From Elsinoe ampelina (taxonomy: Eukaryota): a stretch of DNA of 64,000 bases. The DNA is taken from contig ML992505.1 of the NCBI GenBank assembly GCA_010093995.1, positions 226,921 through 290,920 of the forward strand, in the 5' to 3' direction. This document shows, piece by piece, positions 34,333 through 46,160 of the stretch. Every line of letters starts with the position of its first letter. Position 1 is the stretch's first letter. Position numbers and translations under genes: made by a program. A model generated the notes under the pieces. It saw nothing but the letters and a program-made list of their open reading frames with translations, was not told the origin of the DNA and did no database searches.

Positions 34333-35647
34333 GCGACGATGCCCTTCCATACCCTGCATCATACCCGCGTATTAATAATGAATCATTGAAAATTTGAATT
34401 CGGTCGCGAGGAAAAGGAATTAGAGCCATCCGTTGGCTGGTGGCCGGTGTCTATCACATTACGGTGCATCTGCACTTCTGGCTTTTTTCTAATGGAGTTT
34501 ATGATCTGGCGAGGGAGATCTGAGGGAGACAAGAAGGAGGTCGAGAAGACACTTGTAAATAAGGCTTTCTTTGGGGTTTCCATAGGATGATAGTATAGCT
34601 TAGGATAGGGCGGAATGGACGAGGTGATAATACTTGTTCCTTTGAACTTGCGTGACATGGCATGGCGATCCTTTGGTATCCTTCCATCCATCCAGCCTGT
34701 CTTTATCATTTCGACATTGCACAAGTCGCCTCGATACGCCATCTGTAATCACAATCTCCACCTTTGAAAAAGCACGTGGGCAAAACCGGAACCACAAATT
34801 TCGGGCATCCATCTCCAGAAATAACGACATGCAGCCTCCTCCCACGCACAGAAATGCAGCGAATAGTATCGCACCGCGTGTCGTGCATTGGGACTACATC
34901 ATTGAGCAGGTAGACATATCTCATTCGTTCTCTGGCCCGTTTGGTCACTTTCCATTCGCTCCACGCAGGTATCGCGCACGTGAGGTCCACGTTGCACCAC
35001 TTGGTACCGAAGATGGTTTTGTGAGCTGTGGAGCGGTGCCCAACTTCGGGTATGAAATGGTCTTTTCACCCGCTTGTTATTGACCCTTTTTGTAGCGACA
35101 CTGGATTTTGGTTTCTGGATTTTGTTTGAGCAGCGATCGAGCGAGCGAGCGAGTGTTACTACGATAATTCAAACCCGGTGGATTTGGCGGGAAAACTGGT
35201 CCTGACGGTAGCCGATACCACATCGTCACCGTATGCTTGGGCCCTAGGAATTTACAATACCCGACAGGAGACTACGGCTCGACAGAGGTCGACGTGAGAG
35301 GACAAATTGTCCTTCTGATCTCACAACTGCTCGACTGATCAAGGACTCGAAGATTCTGGATCAAGCTCAGTGACCTCAGACGCTCTTCCCTTCGAGGAGG
35401 CACACCAACACGCATGGTTTATATGAACGAGGATCGCACCTGGAGATTGATCACTACAACTAGTCTACAGTCATATCACGGCTTCTCCTGTCGCTGTGAT
35501 CAGTGACAAATTCTGATCCTTCCAACCCGCCTCACATCTGTCCTTGTCCCTCTCGTTCGGCAGATTTAGTCATATCAATCTACTTTTCCGCTTTCCAAGA
35601 CCACTGGAACCAACTCCCAAACACTGTATACAACACCACCATCAACC

Positions 35648-37531
35648 ATGTACCCCTCCCGCCCAGCTGGACCACCTCTGAACTTCGGCCCCTCACGCCC
35701 CATCCGCTTCCTCACTTCCAAGGACCTCTCCCCACCCACCTCCCCTCCCCCGACCAACACAACCTTCACCCCCACGCCCACCCCCAGCTTCACCTCCTCC
35801 TCCTCCCCACCCCAACCCTCCACTCGCCCCATAAACTACGCAGCAGACTACACCCAAAAACTCACCACCTGGCAGGCCAGCGGCTGGGAAGGCTACCGCC
35901 GCGCCCTCTCCAACGCAGGCAAGACCGACGCAGAACTCCAAGCCGAAGCCGACGCCAAGCGCGCCGCGGAGGAGGCAGAGCGGAACCGCATCATCTCCGA
36001 GCGTATCGAGAGAGCGCAGGCAGAAGCCGATGCGTTAGCGGCGGAAGCAGCGGAGAAGGAAGCGAGGCGGGAAGCGAAGCGGGCGGCGAAGGAGAGGGAG
36101 GAGGAGGAGAGGGCGAGGAAGAAGGAGGAGAAGAAGGCGAGGGAGAGGGAGAAGGAGGAGGAGAGGAAGGCGAGGGAGAGGGAGGAGAAGGCGGCGAGGA
36201 AGGTGAGGGAGCAGGAGAGGAAGGTCAAGGAAGTGGAGAAGAAGGAAGCGGAGAGGGCGAGGAGGGAGGAGAAGAAGATGCAGGAGAAGGTGAAGGAGGG
36301 GAAAGGGAAGGGGAAAGAGAAGGAGGGGAAGGGGAAAGGGAAGAAGGAGAAAGAGAAGGTGGGAGCAGGGGATGGAGGAGGGGAGGTGTTAGTTGAAGGA
36401 GCCGGGGAAGGGGAGAAGGCAATACCGAGTTTGGAGGATATACTTGCTGAGACGGCCAGCGTGACGGCCAGCGCGGAAGGGTCTGCTGTAGTGGAAGACA
36501 AGGGGAAGGGTAGTGGTAAAAAGTCCAGTGATAAGAAGGCGAAGGAGAAGAGCGGTAAGGTCAAAGAGGAAAAGAAGAGCAAGGAGAAAGAGAAGAGTCG
36601 TAAGGAGGAGAAGAAGAAGTCCGGGAAGAGTGCGAAGGGGAAGCATAGCAAGACGGGAAGTCGGGAGGTGGATGAGATGCCGGTGTATAGCGTTGGTGGA
36701 GCGGAGCTGGACGGGGCTGATGTGGTGGTGATGAATGTTGGAGGTGGGGAGGGGCCGCCACCGCTACCACCGATGGATTTGGATGAGCTGGTACCGCCTC
36801 CCATGGACTTGGCTGATGCAATACCGCCACCAACGGAGGCGCCTGATGTGGAAGAAGTAGCATCTGCTGCAGTGGAGGATGCGTCGGAGGACACATCGTC
36901 TTCATCACCTGCTGAACAACAAGCAAACGATGCTGAGCCAGCCGCTGAAGTTGTAAAGGCTGTCGAAGAAAGCGTTGTCGCGGAGGAAGCGCCCGTTGCC
37001 GTTGCAGAAGAGCAAGCTGCAATAGACGATGTGCCATCGTCGAGCGAGAACAACACTGGATCACCAGATGAGCCTGCAAGCGAGGTCACACCTTCCCCGG
37101 ATGAAGCAAAAACACCTGAACCTGCGACAGAAGCCATTGAAACTGCCTTGGCTGATCCGCAACCCGAAGCAGAAGAGGCTCCGGCTGTGATCGCGGAAGA
37201 TACTGCAGCTGTGGTCGTAGCGGATGCTGCAGAGGAAACTGCGAGCTCGCCAGATGGTGGCGCTACGTCTGCTGAAGCACCAAATGTATCCGATGACAAG
37301 CCTCTCGAAGCAGTGCCAGAGCCCGGTCCAGATCTGATCGTTCCTACAGAGATGCTACCACCCCCACCGGGTATGGACAAGCCGAAGAGGGTCAAGATTT
37401 CGGAGGAGCTGTTCGGTGGTGACGACAGCTCTGATTCGGAGATTGAAGACAACCACGTGCATTTCGTGGGAGATGTGCCGAGTCCGCCTGGCAGTGAGAA
37501 AGGAGACAAGCAAAAGAATGGGGGGAAGTGA
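35648..37531 (+). CDS. Low-complexity protein (Pro-rich N-terminus, E/K/R coiled-coil, acidic Ala/Pro-rich tail)
   Basis: 627-codon ORF with a charged helical repeat region. No recognisable domain; start uncertain. Confidence 0.6.
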   Translation: MYPSRPAGPPLNFGPSRPIRFLTSKDLSPPTSPPPTNTTFTPTPTPSFTSSSSPPQPSTRPINYAADYTQKLTTWQASGWEGYRRALSNAGKTDAELQAEADAKRAAEEAERNRIISERIERAQAEADALAAEAAEKEARREAKRAAKEREEEERARKKEEKKAREREKEEERKAREREEKAARKVREQERKVKEVEKKEAERARREEKKMQEKVKEGKGKGKEKEGKGKGKKEKEKVGAGDGGGEVLVEGAGEGEKAIPSLEDILAETASVTASAEGSAVVEDKGKGSGKKSSDKKAKEKSGKVKEEKKSKEKEKSRKEEKKKSGKSAKGKHSKTGSREVDEMPVYSVGGAELDGADVVVMNVGGGEGPPPLPPMDLDELVPPPMDLADAIPPPTEAPDVEEVASAAVEDASEDTSSSSPAEQQANDAEPAAEVVKAVEESVVAEEAPVAVAEEQAAIDDVPSSSENNTGSPDEPASEVTPSPDEAKTPEPATEAIETALADPQPEAEEAPAVIAEDTAAVVVADAAEETASSPDGGATSAEAPNVSDDKPLEAVPEPGPDLIVPTEMLPPPPGMDKPKRVKISEELFGGDDSSDSEIEDNHVHFVGDVPSPPGSEKGDKQKNGGK

Positions 37532-39095
37532 TGCAGATGTGGGTTGGGTCCGGCGTCTCGATATGTTTGCAAATATTATGATTGACGATGATTAATGAAA
37601 GCGTGCAGCAGCGCAGCATTTGCTATACCTCTAAGAACATGTTCAGACGTGAGACGTGAGACATGCTGAAAGCAACAGAACCATCGAGCCCCTTCTCGAG
37701 TCGGTCAGCACTTCCGACAGCTTCGAAGACGCTCTCCGAAGAGTCTCGTCTGTCTCAAAGGCGCAAAAGGCCTCGGCGCACAACCTCGTGGAAGCGTTTG
37801 AGATCTTGGGACGGCAGAGCTGCTCAGATGGAGCCATTGAAACGGGAATATGTGGTGAGAAAACGGCCTTCTTCGGTGCGGCCGGCAAAAAAAAGCGTCG
37901 CAGCGACCATGACGACGAGATGCCCTGAAAGCAGTGCTCAGGATACGAGAAGTCTTCTTTAGTCAACCAGACGCATGGTGGTATATCTTCATCCGGCGGT
38001 GAACAAGATCCGATCTGTGCTAGGGACGAGCCGTGGTAGGGATGCAACCACCACGGGGCATCCGAACCACAGCTTGATGAGCCGGAGGATTCCCATGTGG
38101 TAGGCCTGAGTTGAGAGCAGACAATCGGATGAGCTAAAGCCGACGCTAATACGCTTGAGATGGCCAGTTCGGTGAAGCCGTTGCAACGCAGAAATAGGAC
38201 CTGTGCCTCTGCCGGACCACGAGGGATGGATAGAAGGAAAAGTGTCCGTTCGTAGTGGTCGTCATATCAGCAATGCCAGCAACGGGCAGCTGTTTGACGA
38301 CCCGTGTCTGGAGGGGTTGATGTGAGGGCCTTGGTCATGATTCATCTAAATCGACTAGAGGAAGAAGACCGGAAAGAGAGCCGTGCATTTTCCAGGGTAA
38401 TTGCAGCCTGCGTGTCTTCAAGCTAGCCAAAAGTCTCTGTATAAAGTTGGATAGCGCCCCTGGTCCATTGCTTCAGAATAAAGGTTACAGACAAAGGCGA
38501 ATGGATGAGTTATGGCGGGCCGAGAATTCTTGTGTGAAGAGTCGCTGGAATGGCAACAGTAGACCAACGGTGCGAACAGGAACCTTACCATGGCGAGTCC
38601 GTGTGGTGCAGTCTTACAGAAAAGATGATTGTATAAGCTACAGTTGCTTCAGCCCGGTCGTTTGGCCGTTAGACAACGGTGTACCTAGCATCCTGAATTG
38701 CTCACCTTCCAGCCATCTGTGCCATCTGTGCTGAAAGACTACGTCTGTGCATGCACCTCATCGTCAAGTCCATCTGAACATCGTCGTCGTCGACATCCAA
38801 CCCATACCAGCGACATCTTCCCCTCGGTGGTGTGCATACTCGATGCCGACTAGCTCAAACTACACGACTCAAGCACGTCGATCTCCCACGACGACTTGAC
38901 CTCTTTCAGCCTTCCCGCACGGCTTTATGCGTCGCAGATAGAGTACCGAGCTTGGCCACACCAGTCGACGACAAAAGGACAAAGCGATTTGACAGCGAAA
39001 CCCCTGCTCAGGTTGCTCGGCTTCGGCCCTCGATCCCATCCCTGCCCTGAAGCGTTGACAAAGGGCCACTCCCTGCACCTTTGGACCTTTGGACA

Positions 39096-42000
39096 ATGGC
39101 AACCGACCTCATCGCCAGTTCTCCCCCTCTCCCACAACATGAGCTGTACTTCCATAACCACTCCTCTATAGCAGTCGCTGCCACTCCCGACATGTCGCGA
39201 CGTGGTCCGCCCTCCGTGGCCAGCGACAGCACTTCGGTGGTTAGCAGCCTCGCCGCCGCCGGCATTCCCCCTTACCTCACCTCGATAAATCCAAAGCCCG
39301 ATTATGTGTCGCAGGACAGCGCCTCTCGTATCACGACAGAATTGTACAGGGCGCAGAGGGATCTGGACAGCGAAGATGAGGATAGTAATACAAGGGAACC
39401 AGACAGTCTGGAAGTGACCGACGGCGCAACCCAATATGTGAACAGCTTTCTCGATAAGCTGCTCCATGACATTCTCTCAGTCGCAAACACTACACAACTC
39501 GCACAACTACGAACAGCGACGGGGAAGACACTGCGAAAGAGTCTGGGAGTCGAGGCGGTACAATATGCCGACGCCAATCTCGAGGATCTCCTCGCCCTGG
39601 AAGACGAGGAGGAAGAGCAAAGACCAATATCCAAGGACTCCAATTCGAAGTGGAATCTAGAGTATACATGGAAGCGCTCACGACTACGGGTTATGATGCG
39701 CAGCGAGAAGAGCGAGTTTGACATTGACGACGACGAGCGATGGGTACAGCAAGAGGCATTGATACCGCCTGGCCGCCGCTTCTCAGAGAACACCGCCATC
39801 ATTTCTCTCCAAAGCGAGATCTTCCTTGCCGGCGTGCTAGACTATGTCGCCGACACCCTCTTCAATCTCGCAATTATTCCGGCCTCCATCCGCATGCGCC
39901 GCGGCAGCAAGAGATCACCGGCGCAACAAAGCAATCCAAACATCCTGGTTATTGAAGAGCCGGACCTGGAGAAAGGTGTGCTCAACTCCCCACTCGACAA
40001 ACTCTGGCGCATGTGGCGCAAGTCACAGCGGCCTCGCGGCTTTGCTGGCACACCGAGACACGGACACAGTTATTCCAATGTGAGCAGTCCGGCGACCACA
40101 AGGCGCGAAAGTGACGTCTGGGGAGATGGCCCTTACCACGATGCTTCGCAGGATCTCCAGACCCCGCGAGGCATGCCTGGAGAGTTCATCGAGACACCAG
40201 CGGTCGAGTACAACCAGCGGGATGTGGTTCCCGACGCAGACGACCATCCAGAGCATGTAATCGCCTCGAACATCCCTCTCCCGCAAGGACAGCGAGACGT
40301 TGATGAGATTGAAGTGCCTGGACTAGCGAGAGATCCGGATGAGTACGAGGAAGAGCTTGTCGAGGAACCCCGACGCGCCAGCTACAACCCTCCCTCGAGG
40401 AAGACTCGTCAATCCGAGCAGACTGAAGATGGCGCTCAACGACCAGGCATGCAAAGGAGACGATCTATTTCAGCACCTCCGCCGTTTGCTGCGCGCGACT
40501 TTGCTCCAAACAAGAACGCCAACATCTCAGAAATCCCCGCTGAACCTTCAGCAAACGAAATTTCGTCACTGCCCGCCCCGGAAAACACGTTTTCGCTCAA
40601 GCGCGAGGAAGGGCCCGCAGGAGATTCTTCTGAACAGGGTACAAAGGTCGAGTCTACTGGCAAGGTCGTGGTAGACTCTCAACCGCGGGAAGATACGGGA
40701 CCATCGTCTGGCAAAATTGCTGCTGGTATCGGCGCTGCTGCTGCAGTCGGAGCTGTGGGCACCGCTGCTGCTGCGTCAAGATGGACAGATCGCAACGACC
40801 AATCGCCCGAACGAGAGGATCATTCACCCACGGATGGGTCTCCTAGAGGCAACCGCCGAAATCGAGAAGCAGCAGTTGGCTTTGGATATCCCAATGGCAT
40901 TTCCCTACCTGGACAAACCGCGACTGGTGAAGTGTACAAGCATAAGCACATGTCGGTCGCTTCTTCCGCAGCCTCAGAACCTGAAGTACCACCAAAAGAT
41001 GTGTCAAATCCTCCAAGCGAGCGATCACCTTCGGAATTGTCAAAGCTCAGAGCTGGCAGTCCTGGTTCAGAGACCGAGACGAGCGAGATCATGTCACCAC
41101 GGGACTTTATGGCGTCACGAAATCTGCAATACACTCGATCGACACGCTCCGACTCTTTGCCTGAGCACCCCATGAACCCGCTTGGCTCCAACAAGCCACC
41201 GCCCGCTCCTCGAAGCAGAGGTGCTTACGACTTCAGCAGGAAAGGCGATTCCAGTCCCGTCAGTCCCATCAGCCCTGTCGATAACGGCCTCGGCAGCATC
41301 GATGAAGCTGGTAAGCTGCCGAACATTGATCGCGAGCAGAAGCCGACACACAGGAAGACGAGTGCTCCCGCGGGCCGACTGCAAGATGATCTTGCCCGGG
41401 CACGAGGCTCACCAAAGGTCCGACAGGCCTCGTTACAAAGTGATTATAATCAAGGAGACTCCAGCCCTGTTCATCGGAAAGAGAGCTTGCGCAGAATCGC
41501 AGTCGAGCGGAACGGCTCGCTCGTATCTCTTGTCGACGAAAATACTCACAAGGTCCGAAACAAGGCGCCAATCACTAGCTCATCAATCACATCAGCAGAA
41601 GACTTTGACAGTCTGTTGAATGGAGGCGAGACGATTAAGATGACTCTCTCTCCATCAAGCGTCAGAGAAGTACCAGTAAGTTCTATCTATATTGTTCAAC
41701 GTATGCACGGACTGACCATCCCCCAGTCCGCCCCTCCGTCCCGTAACGGCTCTGTTGATCACAACGCCCTGGCCAAACTTTCCGGCGGTTCCTCACCTCG
41801 AATCGGTAACCTCCTACAAAGGAAGCAAGGCGATGATGGTAGTATAAAGTCACCCTCCATTGGGTCATCGGACAAGAGCAATAGAGGTCGCACGGGCAGC
41901 ACAGCTACACAAGACAGCAGAAGGTCCATCAGCAGACCATCTGTGCGCAACAAGAGCAAAACAAGAGCTGGGTTGATGGCCCGGGAGCCAACGGTACAAA

Positions 42001-43269
42001 CAGATTCTACTCGAGACTTTGCCGATTTCATCAGGTCAACAGGTCCTGATCGAGAGCCGAGAACTCTTGTTCCTGCCTTGACCAACCGGACCTCAGAAGT
42101 CGCCGACGCTCAGCGAGCTAGCAGCATCTCCGGTCGGAGCATTAGTGGACTCGGCAGATCTGAGGAAATGGCGCCAGCCATGCCCCAAGTCTCGGAGAAT
42201 GCTGGCATCAAGTACAAGAGGAGTCTGGCGCCTAGAGAAGCACGCGGATCTGAGCCAACGGGCAATGATGGTCTGATCGACTTTATCAGAACAGGGCCGG
42301 GTTCTGGCAAGCAAGATGCGCGCCCGTCAAAGGACATTGCACCCTTCCGGTACTCCATGGACAGTGATGACATGAGGCTGCCAGTGGAGACAATTAACCT
42401 TGACGATCCGACACGGAACCCCAGCATGACTCCCAGCATGGCTAATGGCAGCTACGACCATCATCGTGGTTCAGTCTCCACTATGGCAACCATGCAGACC
42501 ATGAACACTTACAACTCACACGCACCTCTCGTGTCAAATCGTGGCGGCACTTCGATCTCCAGCCCAATCTCTCTAGGCGGAAATACAACCCCGAAACTCA
42601 ACACCCAGCCCAAGAAGTCCAGGACGACCAAGAACTCAGACGGCGTGACCCGCTACCGCAACAAGGACCCCTACGCAATCGACATCTCCGACGAAGACGA
42701 CGACGACGAAGAAGAAGAAGATCTCGGCCCCCGCATCCCCCAACTCCCACGTAAACCACTCTCCCCCCGGACCTCATCCCAAAACAAATCCTCCCCAACC
42801 CGCTCACCACTCAGCCAATCCGCCCCCTTCACCGCCTCAGCCCCAAGCAAGCACGACCGGCGTCCCCTCGGCCAACGCCGGCCCCAACGCCATCGCCCCC
42901 AACCGCTCCGTGGTCACCAAGACGGCATCGGGCGGCATCATCCCGCGCAACCCGAACCGCAACCGCGCGCCGGCCGACGACGGGATGGCGCGTCGCAAGG
43001 AGACGTCGACGCGGGACCTGGCGGATTTCTTCAGGGATAGCGCGCCTCCTGGGGATGGGCCGGTGGGGGGGAAAGCGGCTGCGATGATGGGAGGGGGAGG
43101 AGGAGGACCAGGAGGTGCAGGGGCAGGAGGCAGGTATGTGGCTGGGAAAGATCAACTGTTTGGTGGTGCGGCGCCGAGTCCGAATATCGGGAACGGAGCG
43201 GAGGGGAAGAGGGGCGAGGAGAAGAAGGGCAAGTTTTGGAGTCGGAAGAGGTATTTGGATTTGCCTTAG
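39096..43269 (+). CDS. Large hypothetical protein with a histone-fold-like N-terminal region and repeated D(F/L)ADF.R motifs
   Basis: Long ORF with an in-frame intron at 41676-41726. A 64-nt intron at 42751-42814 links it to the 42910-43269 frame ending FWSRKRYLDLP*. Confidence 0.85.
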
Positions 43270-45874
43270 GGGATGAAGGGGTGCTGATGTGGTGTAGGTG
43301 ATGATTTTCTTTTTGGTATCCCAGCGGAGGACGCATTTTGGGATGGAGGGATGGGGAGGAGAAAGGGTGATGGGGAGGATCGTGTAGGCTTCAGCCGGGG
43401 GAGGGAAGGATGAAGAGCTGGATCGTGGATACTGCATGAGAGGGCAAAGGTCGGTATGGACATTATGAGGGAAAAGACGGGTTGACACGGCTGGCATTGA
43501 TCATCGCTGCCTGTCCAGCACTGAGGTGCTTGTAGATGAATTGTACAGTACGGATACCCTCGACGGCGGCACGAGAGCAGCTTCGGAAGAACGAGGTGGA
43601 TACACCAGACGCCCGCCCCGACTCCAGGTGCTCGTGGAGTGCCGCGTTGGTAGGCATAGCTTGAGCTGTATTCCTGAGCTTAGGCTTCAAGGCAATCTGC
43701 CCTGGGGCTGGCTGATGTAGGAGAGGGATCAGCTGGAGAAGCGGCTGCATTTGGAGTTGACATGAGCGTTTGCATTGTTCTTTGTTAGATACCTTACTTT
43801 GTTTTGCAGATATTTTGTTGAATGAGATGTTTGATACTCTAAACTGTTTGAGTTTGTGATGGATGGGGTGGTCATGGACGAGAAGGACTGAGAGAGGATG
43901 GGAGGAAGATCCGAGAGGTGAGGGAGGGCAGACAGAGGTTGAACAGGAATAGCAAAATCGAGTCCTGACAAGGTACCTGTAGCCTCGAGTCTTCACCCTG
44001 CGGCTGCTCTCAAGGGCAGTAATGGACAGGGCATCGTGGCAGGTTTGCCGGGGCTTGACATTGGGACAGCGAGCCTCACAAACAAAGGGATAGAGTCGAA
44101 GAAGTTCAGTATTGTCGTATCCACTATAGGTTTGTCTTCATCTCTGTTTGTCTCCATCTCTGCGTGATAGTCACCCCTCTGTTGATCTTGTCACCGACCA
44201 CTCCGTCTTGCCTATGACAGTCCACCATCTCCTCCGATCCTGACAAACCACCACCTCCCTCCCAGCCCCACTGTTGTCACCTTCCACCCACAGACCAGCT
44301 CCAATAATGCTCGTCAGTGTACAGCTAATGCTCTACACCGACGGGCTCACCCACCGGATCTCCGTTGCGAGGCCTTGTCGTCGCGATCCAGACAACCGAT
44401 GCGGCTGTGGCTGTGGAGATGGCGTGGTCGTCACAGGTTCGTCTTCCGCACCAGGCAGATTCCCCCGTCCGTCCTGTACCTCTTCTTCACTCTCCGACTA
44501 CCCGTGGTTGTAGTCGAAGCCAGTCGGAGGAGGCGCCGATACCGTGGCTGCCGTCGTGAACCCGTACTGTGTCGCCGCCCTGCAAGCCATCAACAATGCG
44601 CTCGGCGAAGATGTGGTTGACTGTCTCGTAAGCGTCATAGTTCGACTGCTCAAGAGTTTGCGCAACATAGTCGGGACGTGGAAAGGACCTTGATCTTAGC
44701 TGACCAGATGATGGGGCCGACTCGTCCTCGGATCCTGAGAAGCGGACAAGATCATGTCTCCTGTTGGCTTACGCGACCCCTGTATTTGGATCGTTTCCAC
44801 GTGGCGCCAATATGAAAGCTCCAGTCTGATGTTTCGAGAGGGACCGGAGGGTGTTGCTTCTACGTTTTAGAGCTTGATGCTCCGGTCCTGCACTTCCACC
44901 AATAATTGTGGACTTGGAATTCTACGGTTTCGCTGGTTCTGGTTGACCACGTATCGGATGTTCCAGATGTTGGAATCGAAAATCCAGCATCTCTCCGCTG
45001 TAATGCAAATCGGCAAGCGTATCAGTTCCCTTGCCGTTGCAGTCGCTCTGACCTCGTCCGAGGTTGTCGCCAAGGGCGTCGGAGTCGTCATTCGGGTCAT
45101 TAGTTGTTGTGTTGGTATTCGGACTCACCGCTACATGTCGGTCAGAGGGGTGGTCGAGTGGGAAGACAGGAGGATAGCTCACCTGACCACCTCTGTTCTT
45201 GGACGTCGGACCATGTAAGTCACCTTAGCGTGGCTCGATGGAGGACCTAGAGGCGGTCGAGTCTGCTCTTCCACGAACAATTCGGGAAGCCGATCGCGCT
45301 GTCACTGAGCGGAAATCGCGGGAGTATAGCTCGGCGTCGCTCTCCGGAGTTGTTGTTGAGTTGGGAGGAGTCAACAACAACATTTCCACAGCGCCCGTAT
45401 CTCCAGAGATAAGAAGCACGTGTGGTGAGTACAGCAGATGGCAGTACCCACCCCGTACCTCAAGGTCTGGGTTGGTGGTACTGTTGTTAATGTCAGTAAG
45501 TGATTTTGGTCTTGAGGATTGGCAAAGACTGACCAGAGGCGGCGAATAGTCGACATCCCAGCGTACTCCCCATTGATCCTGACTCAGAGCCAGTTCCTAT
45601 TCCCACTGATCCGACTCTCCTCCTTTTTCCAGCTTCTTTGTACTCGTGCGAGGCGTATCTGGACTCGCGGGTTGGATGCGGCGCTTTGAGATTTTCTTGA
45701 CAGCCACCGAATAGGTCGAGCCAGACAGGATCATTCTGCGGATTTTAGTCAAATGGTATCGAGGGGACGAAGGGGAAGAACTCACCTCTGAGTCGATCCA
45801 AGGCCGACAAGGACAAGCGTGAATATGGCTCCGGAGCCGAGTGCCGTCGTCATTGTTGAGTTTGTTGATCGGCC

Positions 45875-46160
45875 AACGATAATGAATGATGGGACCCGGC
45901 ATCATTATCGACGACCGATCCGACAAGCTTGTTGATACTACCTCCCTTCCCAGCAGCAATAATGAATGATGGGGCCTGGCCCATCATAGATCGACTGTGC
46001 TGGGAAGAGGGAGGTAGAGAGTTGTGCCTTTCGTTCGTCGACCAGCCAGCAATAATGGATGATGGGACCGGGTGATCATTATCGCTAGCGGAGTCGACAA
46101 GGTTGAAAGACGCGTCCCTCCACCAACGACAATAATGAATGATGGGACCCGGCCCAACAT
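45875..46160. repeat. Four copies of a ~26-bp motif (ATAATG(A/G)ATGATGGG(A/G)CC.GG), spaced 80/93/80 bp
   Basis: Cores AATGAATGATGGG at 45881, 45961 and 46134, and AATGGATGATGGG at 46054. Spacers 1 and 3 resemble each other, consistent with a diverged 173-bp duplication. Confidence 0.8.

Noticed and set aside
35893..37572. 559-aa minus-strand ORF
   Set aside because: Antisense shadow of the low-complexity plus-strand gene; its S/F/L-rich translation mirrors E/K codons.
42751..43040. Apparent frameshift near the end of the 1319-aa ORF
   Set aside because: Explained by a 64-nt GTAAAC...GCTCAC...CAG intron (42751-42814) that joins the frame holding the third DLADFFR repeat.
45875..46160. CRISPR array interpretation of the spaced palindromic repeats
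   Set aside because: Eukaryotic context, no cas genes, degenerate repeats, and spacers 1 and 3 are related by duplication.
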